Positions 1 through 13,406 are shown, counted from the stretch's first letter. The stretch is 64,000 nt of DNA from Octopus sinensis (GCF_006345805.1 NC_043019.1:8927360-8991359); one strand, 5' to 3'. The notes: generated by a model not told the origin, from the sequence alone. A program made the numbers and translations.

Positions 1-799
1 CATATTGATCCGGAGCTGTCTACTGATTCTTTTCTGATATGATTGGACAATGGCCAAAACGGCATGTTTCTTGTGTATTGTTCTGGCGAGTTGACAGGTA
101 TTATCATCAATTTGAGCCCCACCTTGGTATTCTGACAAGAATATCAGACCTCTTTGGACAGCTTCATAACTGGTTTTTCATCTACTCAATACAGTATATA
201 GCAGTTTCGTGTAATCCTAGTTTTTATTATCTTCGATCATTTTCCTTTATTTTCATTCCTTTTGTCCGTTTCTATCTACTTTTATCACTGCTTCTGTATC
301 TACCAAATTCTCTTTTACCGTACACCTGTTTGGCACATTAAGGTGAACCTCCTTACTTGCCTAACCTTTTGGGGTACGCAATCAAAACGCTGTCCATAGC
401 GATGATGTCTAAGGGCTAAAATGTGCAGGTGTGGTGAAGTTTCTTCCGTCTACAGGACATAGAAGACATTTCCATTGCTACACAGTATTTCACGCTTTGT
501 GGGGAGCCGCATTGTGAGTATATATGTCCATCTGGTAGAAATGGATCTGTGCTTACTCTTACGGAAAGGATAGGAGGCAATCAAGAAGGCTTTGTCAGCT
601 ATACATTATTAAAATTTCGTTAGGAAACTTGTATTTCTTTGGAAAGGAATGCAAATGTCTTGCAAACTCATATGAATTTTTTCTACCGTATATCGTGGTT
701 CTGCCGAGTGAGATGCAGAAAAGGCCTGCTTTCTATTTGATAGGATCGAAAATTAGCGGCAACATGTTCAGGAGTGCGCTTGGCAGTGCACCCGTGTAT

Positions 800-801
<2 letters not shown>

Positions 802-837
<36 letters not shown>

Positions 838-920
838 ATCAGTATGTGTGTTTGCGTACATATATACATATATACATCTATCTATCTATCAATCTATCTA
901 TCTATCTATCTATCTATCTA

Positions 921-964
<44 letters not shown>

Positions 965-1007
965 GGTCTATCTTCTCATCTCTCTCTCTCTCTCCTCTCT
1001 ATCTCTA

Positions 1008-1037
<30 letters not shown>
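802..1037. repeat. Compound microsatellite (GT)n-(CTAT)n-(CT)n-(TA)n
   Basis: Read directly; explains the spurious CVCV/IYLS ORFs at 629-1159 and 774-1115. Confidence 0.95.
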
Positions 1038-1038
<1 letters not shown>

Positions 1039-1070
1039 CTTTATTAAAGAGCAGCAAAATATCAGAAAAG

Positions 1071-1165
1071 TATACTCAAGTGTCACGTACCTGTTCGTCG
1101 GACAGTTTTGTTTAGTTTCTAAACAAAACTGTCCGACGTACGGGAACGTGATACTCTGAGTAACA
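1071..1165. repeat. Inverted repeat / hairpin
   Basis: Perfect 19-bp arms CGTCGGACAGTTTTGTTTA (1096-1114) / TAAACAAAACTGTCCGACG (1120-1138) with a 5-nt loop; imperfect pairing extends to about 45 bp per arm. Confidence 0.9.
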
Positions 1166-1272
1166 GTTTTCGTAATATTTTTTTGCTGCTTTTTGATAAA
1201 GCATATTACTCTACCTCTGGTATTCGATGACTATTTTTTCGCGTCTTGTTTCGCATTTATGTCCTTACTCTC

Positions 1273-1320
<48 letters not shown>

Positions 1321-1322
1321 TA

Positions 1323-1355
<33 letters not shown>

Positions 1356-1724
1356 GCAGGATATCCTTCAAGGTATGTAATGTATACACATTAGAGCTAA
1401 CCTATTAGAAATATCAAAGTGGATCAGATTAAGAAAGGAATGTTTCTTTGAGTGCTACTTAGGAGCTTGAGAATGTAATCTAATTACAGAGACCATTTAG
1501 GAGGAAGTTTCAACAAGATCTGCGCTCACGACTTATTATCCTTCGAATCAGAGATGCGTTTAAACCAAATGAGACTGTGCTGAAGCCCAATAAAGTTGAA
1601 GGCAGCGACGCGGTCCTATCAGTGCATGACCCAATACTACTACAAGTAGACATACACACAGATGCCAGGACGAACACGTAGGCATAACGCATACACATGC
1701 ACATGCACAAACACACATGCAGGT

Positions 1725-1765
<41 letters not shown>

Positions 1766-1934
1766 CTCACACACAAACACATGAACAGACACACACATAC
1801 ACACACATGCAACAAGAAGTAAATTATAAATTACGTTTCTTTCGATTGAAAAAGACGATCAAATCAGGACTGCAGGAGAGAAGTGCTCAAATGATATTGA
1901 GACAGAAACATTATATATATATACATATTATTGA

Positions 1935-1988
<54 letters not shown>

Positions 1989-2009
1989 ATACATACAGAC
2001 ATTCAATAT

Positions 2010-2185
2010 GTGACCGCGTGTGTATCGTTGGCGATTTTTCCCTCCGTCTTCCCTTCCTTGGATCTCTCCTTTTCCTCTGTTTCTGACGAAGAGCTCCGCT
2101 CGAAATGTTAAATCCTCCTTTCTTTCCTGAGCGTCCAATAACACTGTACTTGTTCCACGTCCTCGCGTTGTTGTGTTTTCTCTTT
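2010..2185 (+). mobile_element. Short non-autonomous PLE/retrozyme-like repeat (working family H1), copy 1
   Basis: Clearly homologous to 35568-35770, with a tail-only copy at 36605-36650; carries a minimal HHR motif. Confidence 0.75.
2079..2113 (+). ncRNA. Minimal type I hammerhead ribozyme motif
   Basis: GTTT-CTGACGA-A-GAGC tcc GCTC-GAAA-TGTT-AAAT. Stem I GTTT/AAAT, stem II GAGC/GCTC. Stem III is loop-less (ACGT palindrome in the 35.6-kb copy), as in dimer-dependent PLE HHRs. Confidence 0.65.
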
Positions 2186-2547
2186 ATTGAGGATATCTGG
2201 AATGTGCAACATTCCACAGTAAACTATTGAGTCATCTCTGACGGAAATTTTGAGAAATGTGATGTTGGTTGGTGAGGTTACTTACATTTGTATTTGCTTG
2301 TATTTAAAAATCACTGAATGTACGCTAGTGGTGAATGAGAGATGAATCTATCCGTCTCTTTTATTCCTTTCAATCTTTATCCATTTATCACCTCACGAAA
2401 ACGGGCTCTTACCAATATGGGAAACACGTCATCAAACTAAATTACTCGAAATCCCTGCTTCAACTAGAGACATGAAAGCTACTTGTCTCTGGAAAATGCT
2501 GGGTCCCGACAGATACGTTATTTCAGAAAATATTAAAACATTTCTCC

Positions 2548-2594
2548 CCAGTCTGAGGACCTTTACTAGGGAGGAAATGCCTGATCATCACTGG
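2548..2594 (+). ncRNA. Type I hammerhead ribozyme motif
   Basis: CCAGT-CTGAGGA-CCTTTACTAGGGAG-GAAA-TG cctgat CA-TC-ACTGG. Stem I CCAGT/ACTGG perfect, stem III ATG/CAT, AUC cleavage triplet at 2587-2589; stem II imperfect. Confidence 0.6.
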
Positions 2595-2635
2595 TTTTGA
2601 TCGTACTAAGAACCAGTTTAAAATCACGTACATAA

Positions 2636-2854
<219 letters not shown>

Positions 2855-3619
2855 TTATATGAAGGGTCCACGAAAGGTCAGTATTTCTGATATATTTTTT
2901 ATAAGCTAATAATTTCACGGAATGGAAGATATATGACCAGATAAGTCTTCATGATATGGCTAGGTTGAGTTCCTCTCCCCGCCCTTCCCCCCGCCAGTCA
3001 TATATAATTCTTCTTTTAAGAATGAATTCAGATGCCAGACTGAATGTATTATATAAAAACGGTGACGATTCACAACAAACGTTCCGTGAGACTTAATAAT
3101 AGCAGTTAATGTCAGTTAATCAAGCCACCAACCCATGTCGATGCAAATAGGATTCAACTGACGAGAAACATATCATTAAGCAATTTTATATTATTCAGAA
3201 TCCATTGAGCAAATTTCTGAACGTTTTTCTTTATCTTCTTCATGTCTAATTGGTTCCAGTAAATAAATTTTCTATGACCGCAATCCACGTGAATATAATA
3301 ATCTGCATCCACTTAGTTTGCAGAACAAGAATTCCTATGGACAATTTCATCTGAATATTGCTATTCTTACAATGCTTTTTTATTATTATTTTTTCTTACA
3401 TTTTATTCTCCATCTCTTTCGGGTAATGATCGACCATTTCCTGCAAAATATAAAGCATTTCTTTCTTCAGATACAATTATTAGATTTGTAAAAGCCTTTT
3501 TGCAAATTGCAGTTTGAGAAGAACATGCTGGGTTTGTGCAGACGAGATATTGCTTATGTAATTTTTATAAAATAATGCCATTACTTCAAGGTAAGTATCT
3601 TAATTCATTCTACAACGGC

Positions 3620-3960
3620 GAAATAAAGCGGCAGGCTCTTCATCTGGGATGCCACCTGCGGTGAAACCTCCACCACGGCAACCTTGTGTTATCAGCACCA
3701 GCCAAGGCCTCACTGCTCATCAAGCTGAGAAAGAAAAAATACTGTCAAGATATCGGTCACTCTTTGACAGGTTTATGTTTGAGCCTGGGGCAGTTGAGAG
3801 CTCCGGCGTTTTCGGTCCCCGAATCACATCGCTGCTCACCGCTATCAGGGGCAGAGATTGGTGTCTGCAAGTGCGAGCAGAGTCAGACTGGCTATCCCAG
3901 CCCATCTCCCGCGTTGTCCTGCCGGGTAACGCTTTCTACATTTTGTCAGCGGGAACAATG
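3620..3960 (+). pseudogene. C-terminal restriction-like endonuclease remnant of a CRE-clade non-LTR retrotransposon
   Basis: LFIWDATCGE (alternative frame), then AHQAEKEK..RYRSL..RFMFEPGAVESSGVFG...WLSQPISRVVLPGNA. This matches the recalled CRE RLE consensus WDxTCxD..AxxAExxKxxKY..FxPxAxETxGxxG..QRxSxAxQRGNA. Frameshifted. Confidence 0.75.
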
Positions 3961-4484
3961 AGAGCCAGCCAGATATACAGATAGACAGATAGACAGATAG
4001 ATAGATATGTATGTCCTTTGTGTGTCTGTGCAAACAAGTATACATCGCTTTCTACATTTTTTTCGGTGCCTCTGTATATTCGTAATAATGTATGCTGAAA
4101 GAGCAAGGAAATATGTCTACCTATATATACGTCTGGACAATGAACTGTGAGTATATATATCTGTTAACGGACTAAACATCTCTTGCCCTTCTGCCCTCGT
4201 CAACCAAATAAGTTTAAAGGTCAAACACCTAAACATCGACTTCTATTTATTTATGTCTCGGCTTCTGACAAAACAACGGACATATTTAATTGTACTCAAC
4301 CTAAAGGTTAATATCTGTATACTTTCTGAATTTATTGTTTATTATTATTTCATATTTAGCTGTGGGCTTTTCTTTTTTTCTAAATAAAACAAACAAAATT
4401 GTTATATTGACAGATTCTTCATATTGTAAAGATTTATTATTTAAAGTAATGGAGAAAGTAAAAATGACAGTTAATATTAGAACC

Positions 4485-6150
4485 CAAAATTTATACATAC
4501 ATACGTACATAAATCTATATATACATTTATATATATACATTACTTATATTTATATTTGTATATATATATACATTATATATAATTTTATATATACATACGT
4601 ACATAAATCTATATATACATTATATTACATTATTTATATTTATATTTATATATATATACATATATATATAAATTTATATATGCATACGTACATAAATCTA
4701 TATATACATTATATATATACATTATTTATATTTATATTTATATATTACATTATATATAATTTTATATATACATACGTACATAAATCTATATATACATTTA
4801 TATATATATACATATTTATATTTATATTATATATATATACATTATATATAATTTTATATATACATACGTACATAAATCTATATATACATTTATATATACA
4901 TTATTTATATTTATATTTATATATATATACATTATATATAAATTTATATATGCATACGTACATAAATCTATATATACATTTATATATATACATTATTTAT
5001 ATTTATATTTATATATATACATTATATATAATTTTATATATACATACGTACATAAATCTATATATACATTTATATATACATTATTTATATTTATATTTAT
5101 ATATATATACATTATATATAAATTTATATATGCATACGTACATAAATCTATATATACATTTATATATATACATTATTTATATTTATATTTATATATATAC
5201 ATTATATTAATTTTATATATACATACGTACATAAATCTATATATACATTTATATATATATACATTATTTATATTTATATTTATATATATATACATTATAT
5301 ATAATTATATATACATACGTACATAAATATATATATACATTATATATACATTATTTATATTTATATTTATATATATACATTATATATAAATTTATATATG
5401 CATACGTACATAAATCTATATATACATTTATATATATACATTATTTATATTTATATTATATATATACATTATATATATTTTATATATACATACGTACATA
5501 AATCTATATATACATTTATATATACATTATTTATATTTATATTTATATATATATACATTATATATAAATTTATATATGCATACGCACATAGATCTATATA
5601 TACATTTATATATATACATTATTTATATTTATATTTATATATATACATTATATATAATTTTATATATACATACGTACATAAATCTATATATACATTTATA
5701 TATATATACATTATTTATATTTATATTTATATATATATACATTATATATAATTTTATATATACATACGTACATAAATCTATATATACATTTATATATACA
5801 TTATTTATATTTATATTTATATATATATACATTATATATAAATTTATATATGCATACGTACATAAATCTATATATACATTTATATATATACATTATTTAT
5901 TTTTATATTTATATATATACATTATATATAATTTTATATATACATACGTACATAAATCTATATATACATTTATATATACATTATTTATATTTATATTTAT
6001 ATTTATATATATATACATTATATACAAATTTATACATACATAGGTACATAAATCTATATATAGATTTATATATAAACATTATTTATATTTATATTTATAT
6101 ATATACATTATATATAATTTTATATATACATACGTACATAAATCTATATA
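4485..6150. repeat. AT-rich minisatellite, 19 units of about 90 bp, with higher-order structure
   Basis: Core CATACGTACATAAATCTATATATACATT recurs about every 90 bp (4499, 4594, 4683 ... 6129). Two unit variants alternate. Confidence 0.95.
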
Positions 6151-6222
6151 TACATACACACACACATTCACACACTCACACACACACACACCACACACAC
6201 ATATATATATATATATCCTCAA

Positions 6223-7068
6223 CCCGCAAACATCTTTGCCTCTACACATTCAGTGGAGCTTTACACAGCGTCGTACGGTTATTGTCTGCTATTTCCAGCC
6301 AACATTTATGCCTTGTTGTGCCACTATTTCCTATTTATTATTCTACATGTATGGTGCTTTTCGCTGGAAAATAATACTGTTGTACTCTGTTAATATTTAC
6401 ATTCTTTTATATAAAATTTTTTTCAGTGATCTCGGTTCTGTTTATGGTTAGGAGTATACAGACATTGATAGCTTTGATAATTTTGATAGGTTTCGGCCAG
6501 TATATGTCCCGGCCATATCTAACTCAATGGCACCACCTGGTAAAGTCTTTTAGTGATATATGGGGATGGGGCACCATGGCCCACTCTAGCAAAGAGTTAT
6601 TATTATTGGAGACATATTATTGTCGGTTATTCTGGGATTTATGGAAGAAATTTATCCAGTGTATTTTGGTATGGTATTAAAGAGGGCTGGACTGGTTGAG
6701 GTCAAGTACTTGTGTCGTAATGTTGTTATGTGTCCTGACTTCGAATTTTGTAGTGGGCGGATAGCACGAGGATCAAGTCTTGGGTAGGTGACCCTAGCTG
6801 ACGATGACTAACCAGATTTTCGATAGCAAACGTAGTCGGAAAGGTCCTAAAGTCGAGTACTAGGTTGTCCATTTCTCCGGCCTATCCTAGAGGTAAGACG
6901 AAATGGTTTTATGTTCGCCACCCGCACACATCTTTACCTCAGTATATTCAGTGGAGCTTTACACAGCGTCGTACGGTTATTAACTGCTATCTCCAGCAAA
7001 CTTTGGTGCCTTGTTGTGCCACTTTATTTCGCTGGAATATAATACTATTTTATCGTAATAATATTTAT
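6223..7068 (+). repeat. Direct repeat pair (6223-6400 and 6921-7068)
   Basis: Both copies contain ATTCAGTGGAGCTTTACACAGCGTCGTACGGTTATT..GCCTTGTTGTGCCACT..TTTCGCTGGAA; the first copy has about 28 extra bp. Confidence 0.9.
6500..6760 (-). mobile_element. 3' end remnant of a CR1/L2-group LINE
   Basis: Minus strand reads GHITTLRHKYLTSTSPALFNTIPKY / LDKFLP*IPE*PT / NNSLLEWA, resembling the recalled C-terminal GPxLFNxLP..LDKFLxxIPDxP..SNSL motif. Confidence 0.6.
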
Positions 7069-8142
7069 AATTTTTATATTATATTATATTATGTGTGTGT
7101 GTATAGGTATGTTAGTGCCTGTCTGTCGATGTGTGTATTTGCTTCTGTTTCTTCAGTTTTTGTTGTTGTTGCTGATGTTATTCTTTTATTCTTCGGAAAA
7201 TTTCAGTCTTAGGAGTGCGGCCATGCTGGAGTACCGCTTTAATTCATTTTCTGGAATTTTTGTTGTCCCTTTTGCTGCTCCGGTAGCGTCGTCAGGCGTT
7301 TAGCCAATGTGGGTCTTTGTCACGCCTCAGCTGCATTTAGTTGCAGATCTTATTTATCGCTCATTTTAACTCCAGCTTCAAACATCTTAGCCGTTTGTAG
7401 CGGAGTCAATTTCATTGAAAATATTTGAACCGGGTCCGCTGTCTAAAAGCTGTTGATAAAATGTTTCCCCTTGTACGCTATTGGTGATAGTTAGGCGATA
7501 TTGTATTGCATAAGATACTGAAGGTTGTGGCCAATTTCTTTGCAAAGTAGTTTACTGTATATTCGTTCGAGAGTCTGTTGTAATTTCATATTAACGTCCA
7601 CTGTGAAATATCTAAGCAAAGAGCAGTGGAAAGATGGGGACGGGTCGTTGCATTACCGATTAAATGATACCAGATTCCATTATCAGAAGACACATCGATA
7701 TTAATATGGCTTGCGTCCAAGTTGAGAACAGTGAGGGAATAGTTAGAGCAATTTTAGTATAATTTAACTCAATCTCTATTCCTGTAAAATTTTCATTTAT
7801 TTGTATTTAGTTATTTGTTTTGCTGGTTAGAGATTGCTTAACTATATTCTGACATAACCTTCTTCGTCAGGTCGCTACTGGCCAATGGCAAGGTTGGAGT
7901 CACAAAATTCTATAATTCGGCCCCAATGACTGATTTTAATTCAAAAGGTGCATAAAGAACGAAAAATTAAATATAAATTTAATTAATCGTTGTTTTTACT
8001 GTTATTTAAACGTTGTATTTAATTATATTCTGTGTGAGAGAGAAAGAAAGAGAGAGAGAAACGACAAAGCGAGAGAATGTATATTAGTACTGTATATATA
8101 ATATTACGAACACAGACTAAAAGACGCACACACATACACACA

Positions 8143-8176
<34 letters not shown>

Positions 8177-8182
8177 TATATA

Positions 8183-8325
8183 TATACATATGGCGGGCTT
8201 CTTTCAGCTTCCGTCAAACAAATCTTCTCTCAAGGCTTTTTTCGGCCTGAGACTAGAGTTCCAAGCACTACCCCAAAGTGCCACGCTGTGGAATTGAACT
8301 CGGAACCATGTGGTTGCGTAGTAAG
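8183..8325 (-). mobile_element. tRNA-derived SINE family A (working label), 5' part
   Basis: Homologous to the 12194-12590 copy (GGGCTTCTTTCAG.TTCCGTC..GTGCCACGC.GTGG.A.TGAAC.CGGAACCATGTGGTT). Confidence 0.75.
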
Positions 8326-9180
8326 ATATAAATGGGTGAAATATTGAAGGGAAGAATTACAACAATGCGTATCATATGAATTTTTTGTTGGAGATATCGG
8401 AGAATCTGGACGACGTTTCGGCTATACAGCCTTCACCACCAATAATATACACATTTTCCAAGTGTGTGTGTGTGGTGTGTGTGTGTATGTGTGTATAAGT
8501 GTGTGTGTGTGTGTGTGTGTATGTGTGTGTGTGAGCCTGCAAGTGTGTGTGTATGTGTTTGTGTATTTCTCTTTTTACTTCTCATAAGTAGGGAGCAATG
8601 GTGTTGAAATGCAAAGTAGGTGTGGTGTAAAATTGCTTGGTCCATAAAAATTCATTTTTAGAGTTTAATGGAATGGGTGGAAACATTTTATAGGGAAAAG
8701 GAAGTCATAGATTATTTGGGGCGGAGAGCAGAGCGATGAGGATAATGAATCGAAAAACAATAAGAGGCATGAAGTAAATAATTAGGACATGGGACGAGAA
8801 AAGTTAGAATGGTGAAGACATTTTCTTATTTCACTGTTAAAGTGTTCTGGAAACTATCGAGACGATAACTGCTTAAGATGCTTTTATTTAAAATTAAGGA
8901 ATAATTGATCGCTTATAAGCTATTGTTTGGTTTTATACCAGCGTGTAAGTAAATCCATGGGCTGAATGTTAGATTGGTATCGGAATATAGATTACAGGGC
9001 GATTACATTCAGTATCTGAGTTTAAAGTTGTGCTGAATCTATTCAACTGGCTCCCGGCAGTTTATTCATATGCTGTACCCTTTGTACTGCAGAAAATTTA
9101 CTAGTTACTTAACACTACTATGAAGGTTCATTCTATCATGTATCAATTTTTAAAGCTATGTCTACAGATATAAACTATAT

Positions 9181-9341
9181 CTATAGAACCAGCACTAAAA
9201 GTTGCGGGCTTCCGAACGAATATGTCTATGTATGCATCAAATGTAGAAAAGTAGATAACGGACGAGTCTATACCATCGTGTCATTGTTTACAGAGACGTA
9301 GTCGTATACGAAACGTTGTTACTTTCAGTGCTGGCTCTAAC
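9181..9341. mobile_element. Putative MITE, about 160 bp
   Basis: Imperfect terminal inverted repeats AGAACCAGCACTAAAAGT / ACTTTCAGTGCTGGCTCT. Confidence 0.4.
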
Positions 9342-10441
9342 ATCTATAGAAAATCTCTGGAGATTACTTAGAAATTGACTGAATCGCACTGGCTAACAAA
9401 GAATTTACTTATAAATCTATATATGGGGGCATATTGTGGTTGCATAACAAAACAAGGTATCCTTACCAGCAATTAATATCTATCATGTATGTAAATATAA
9501 GTGCGGCATGTTAACTAAATAAGGGAGAAAATTTAAAAGATAAGACAAATAACATCCCTTATGTTAAAGCGTTGCCTTTAATCAAACATTTCAAGGGGAA
9601 AAGTGATTTATTTCTACGTTCTGACTTTGTTGATAAAGATGTGTATTATTTAATGCAATGTTGGCAAAGGTGAGATTTAAATTCAGAACGTAAACAGCTG
9701 AAGTAAATAAAGAAAGCATTTTCATGAGGCAAATAGCGATTTTGTCTCTGCTAAGAAATTAAATTCTAACTATTTGAAGGAAATGCATAATGCGGGGCAT
9801 AATGTGATGTTTCAATGGTTGTCCCTTACATCAAACGAAAATGAATTCGGTATTTTTAGCGCCACACACACACACACGTACAGATATGTAAGTCTGCTTT
9901 CATCTCTTCGTTCATAACTTCACAAACACAAAAACGTAAACAGTTACACATACAGACACACACACACATACACACACACACATGCATACAAACGTGTATG
10001 ATTCTAGATTCTATATACATATATGTAAGGATATATATATATATTAATATATACGTATATGTATGTGTCAATATGTGTATAAATATATGTATATTATGTA
10101 TGTATGAATACATCTACACACACATATATATATATGCCTTCAGGTATATGTATATATATATATATATATATACATTTATATATGCATGATGCATCAATGT
10201 GTAATGCTACATCTCAATTAAGTGGTTAAGCTTATTTGTGTGAATGGATGTTGGAGGATGAACACGATAAAAGGAAATCAGAATTTCATTCAACATTTCA
10301 ACACGTCGTCATGTGCTGCATTGATAGAAACTTCACTCACACAATCATATTGTTTGCCAATGTTTTAAAGCATTTGGGGATTGAATGCTATTATCAGACG
10401 CAGAAGTCTTTGTGATATTTCCAACATTTATGAGAATATAC

Positions 10442-10486
<45 letters not shown>

Positions 10487-10535
10487 CGTATGAATGCATA
10501 TATTATGCTTGTGTGTATGTACGTACATTCGTATG

Positions 10536-10606
<71 letters not shown>

Positions 10607-11515
10607 GTTTATGTATGTATATATGGATATATATGTATATGTATATCTATGTATATATAGGCATATATTTGTGCTTATATATATATATACACATATGTAT
10701 ACTCATATATATATATATGTATGCATGTTTGTGTGCATGTATGCATGTCTGTCTACATGTATGTATGTATGTATTTGTGTATGTATTTCTGGTTTTATTT
10801 TCGAATCTCTCGCCAACAATGAAAGAGATGCTTTCCAAACCAGAAACAAGTCTCTTTTGTTAGAATTTAGACATCAGCGATGTAGTCACGTATGGATATA
10901 TGTATGCATGTTGCTATATATATATATATGGAATGTGTCTATATATGGAAAGTAAATCGATCTCCGTCGGTTTCGGCGATGCCTATTCAGTCGTTTGATC
11001 AACTGAACCATCTTCTCATTGAAATGGTGTGTTGGCGAATGAACATTTCCCTCGCAATAAACCTTACCACGTAATTTCCCCAGGTCTAATCCCCCTGATT
11101 AAATATACGTAAAGCTGGTTTTCCAAGTTACAAATACAATCAGTCCAGTAGACTCCTATCAGTTGTGGTCACGATCATGTCTAAGGTTAACCTGTTCGTT
11201 CGTAAAAGATATCTGTCAAAGATGACAGACTCCAGAATCGAACTAAAACCCTGCGATTATGGAACAACGTTTAAAGCATTTGGTATTTCTGCTTCAATTT
11301 TAAACGTGTGCATGTATGTATAAGCGCTCGTATATACCTATGTGCATGCATGGTATATCACTACATAAATAATTTATAAGCTTTCGACTTGTACCGAGAA
11401 CTATTTTTTAGAAATATCGTACACAACATATATGCATGTAACACTTAGCTCTCGTTACGTGGCATCTTCTGCGGAAACGTTGCGATTTCTGTGCAGTTTG
11501 TTTATTAGGGCCACA

Positions 11516-11790
11516 TACGAAAGTCGACTGAAGAGTTCCTAGCCTGGCCAAGATATTCTCATGGAGTGCGTCCAAATGATGTTCATCTTTCAACAGAGTC
11601 CACCACATGTTCCATACACTTCTTTCATCAGCGTCACAGTGCTTCGATCTCATTGGTGAAAGAATTTTCATTCTGCTGATGAAAAGTGTCATTCACAGCC
11701 GCTATGACGTCATCGTCACTGTGGTACTGGCTTCCGGTCAAATGCTGTTTCAAATTATACAGGTCTTCAAGGACGAGACTCCGCCACTAG
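11516..11790 (-). mobile_element. Mariner transposon 3' remnant with TIR
   Basis: Minus strand reads LKQHLTGSQYHSDDDVIAAVNDTFHQQNENSFTNEIEAL*R**KKCMEHVVDSVER*, a mariner C-terminus (GIxxLxxRWxKCxxxxGDYVEK type). TIR-like TACGAAAGTCGACTGAAGAGTTCC at 11516. Confidence 0.8.
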
Positions 11791-12115
11791 GCTGTACTTT
11801 CCGCCTCGGGAATTTCTGAAGTCACTGTTGACTCTGGCTCGCGTTTATTGTCCGATCCCTGTATACTTCATTCCTCTCAGGTTTCTGTAGCGTTGTTGCC
11901 TTTATTGAACTCATAAAGCAAAATATGCAACTTCCGTTTTAGCTTTAAAAAAAATACTTGTTAAAATCGAAATACATTCTTCAAAAGTTGCACTAAACAT
12001 AAGGACAAAGTAAAATTATTACCTGCTTTTATAGCAAGCTGTGCAGGTAGGTCATACTGTCCCCCTCCTACTTTTAATAATGAAAAAATCCGCATTTTTG
12101 ATGAGATGAGGCAGT

Positions 12116-12162
<47 letters not shown>

Positions 12163-12193
12163 ATTATATATATACATGCATACATATTATATA

Positions 12194-12590
12194 GGCGAAT
12201 GAGTAGCTGCATGGCAAGTACATGGTTCCGGGTTCAGTTCCACTGCGTGGTACCTTCGGCAAGTGTCTTCTACTATAGCCTCGGGCCGACCAAAGCCTTG
12301 TAAGTGGATTTGGTAGACGGAAACTGAAAGACACCTGACGTATGTGTGTGTGTGTGTGGCTGTGTCTGTGTGTCTGTGTCTGTTTCTGTTCCCCCAACAT
12401 CGCTTGACAACCAGCGCTGGAGTGTTTACGTCCCCGTAACGCAGCTGTTCAGCAAAAGAGACCAATAGAATAAGTACAAGGCTTACATAGAATAAGTCGT
12501 GGGGATCGATTTGCTCCACTAAAAGTAGTGTTCCAGTATACCCACAGTCAAAGGACCGAAACAAGTAAACGAGTAACAGAATTAAAGAAT
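12194..12590 (+). mobile_element. SINE family A, near full length
   Basis: tRNA-like head with B-box-like GGTTCAGTTCC, body CTCGGGCCGACCAAAGCCTTG..GGATTTGGTAGACGGAAACTGAAAG, internal (GT)n, conserved 3' half; about 10 homologues in the window. Confidence 0.9.
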
Positions 12591-12698
12591 ATATGTATGT
12601 ATGTATGTATGTATGTATAACCGATGGTAAACAATGCAAAATACTCACGGAAATCTCTAAAATTCCTGACCCTGTGCCAAAATTCCCAACTATATTTA

Positions 12699-12744
12699 AG
12701 ACAGTGCAACTGATATATACGTATTAATAAATTATTATAATATG

Positions 12745-12794
<50 letters not shown>

Positions 12795-12843
12795 GTGCAA
12801 CTGATATATACGTATTAATAAATTATTATAATATGCTTATATA

Positions 12844-12845
<2 letters not shown>
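12699..12845 (+). repeat. Tandem duplication of an about 51-bp unique segment plus (TA)n
   Basis: AGACAGTGCAACTGATATATACGTATTAATAAATTATTATAATATGCTTAT at 12699 and 12790. Confidence 0.95.
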
Positions 12846-12894
<49 letters not shown>

Positions 12895-13297
12895 AAAGTA
12901 TGTTAAGCCGATTAATTTAATCTTTTTACACGCATGATTCTTGCTGAAGCCGAAATAGACTGTATTCAGTAAAGATACATTAAAATAATCTTTCTCAATC
13001 CCCAAATAAACTGTATCGAGTTCTGGATCACTGGTTTCTTAATGCGTCTAATAACTACTATTTCTGTATCTTGGAAACCTAGAGGGTGTTTCAAAAATAT
13101 TTGATATCATCTCAGATGTAAATATATCAGAGAAAATATATGAACGAGGCAAATGAAATACTGCAGGCTTAATGTTGCTCAAAATACGATTTAAATGAGA
13201 AATTCAAAAGTATGGGAATTTCTTGAACGATTTCCCAAGATTCCACGAGTATTCAGTATGCGCCGTGTCTCTATAAATGCTCTTCAAATGTGAACGC

Positions 13298-13343
13298 GAT
13301 TTGGTTATGTTTTAGATTAGAAAATGGTATCAATTCTTCTGAA

Positions 13344-13406
<63 letters not shown>

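Noticed and set aside
380-480. Minus-strand WKCLLCPVDGRNFTTPAH..RHH, C2H2-finger-like
   Set aside because: Needs a frameshift, is flanked by stops, and no family could be assigned. It may be a TE relic but cannot be supported.
1501-1644. Possible host exon (RKFQQDLRSRLIILRIRDAFKPNETVLKPNKVEG..)
   Set aside because: Weak splice signals, no recognisable homology and no neighbouring exons. Similar unsupported candidates lie at about 7500-7600 (-), 20930-21100 (-) and after the acceptor-like site at 35087 (+).
4485-6150. Regularly spaced conserved core resembling a CRISPR array
   Set aside because: The intervening sequences are near-identical TA-rich repeats, not unique spacers; there are no cas genes and the context is eukaryotic.
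13081-13100. Tc1-like TIR start TAGAGGGTGTTTCAAAA
   Set aside because: No matching second TIR or transposase was found.
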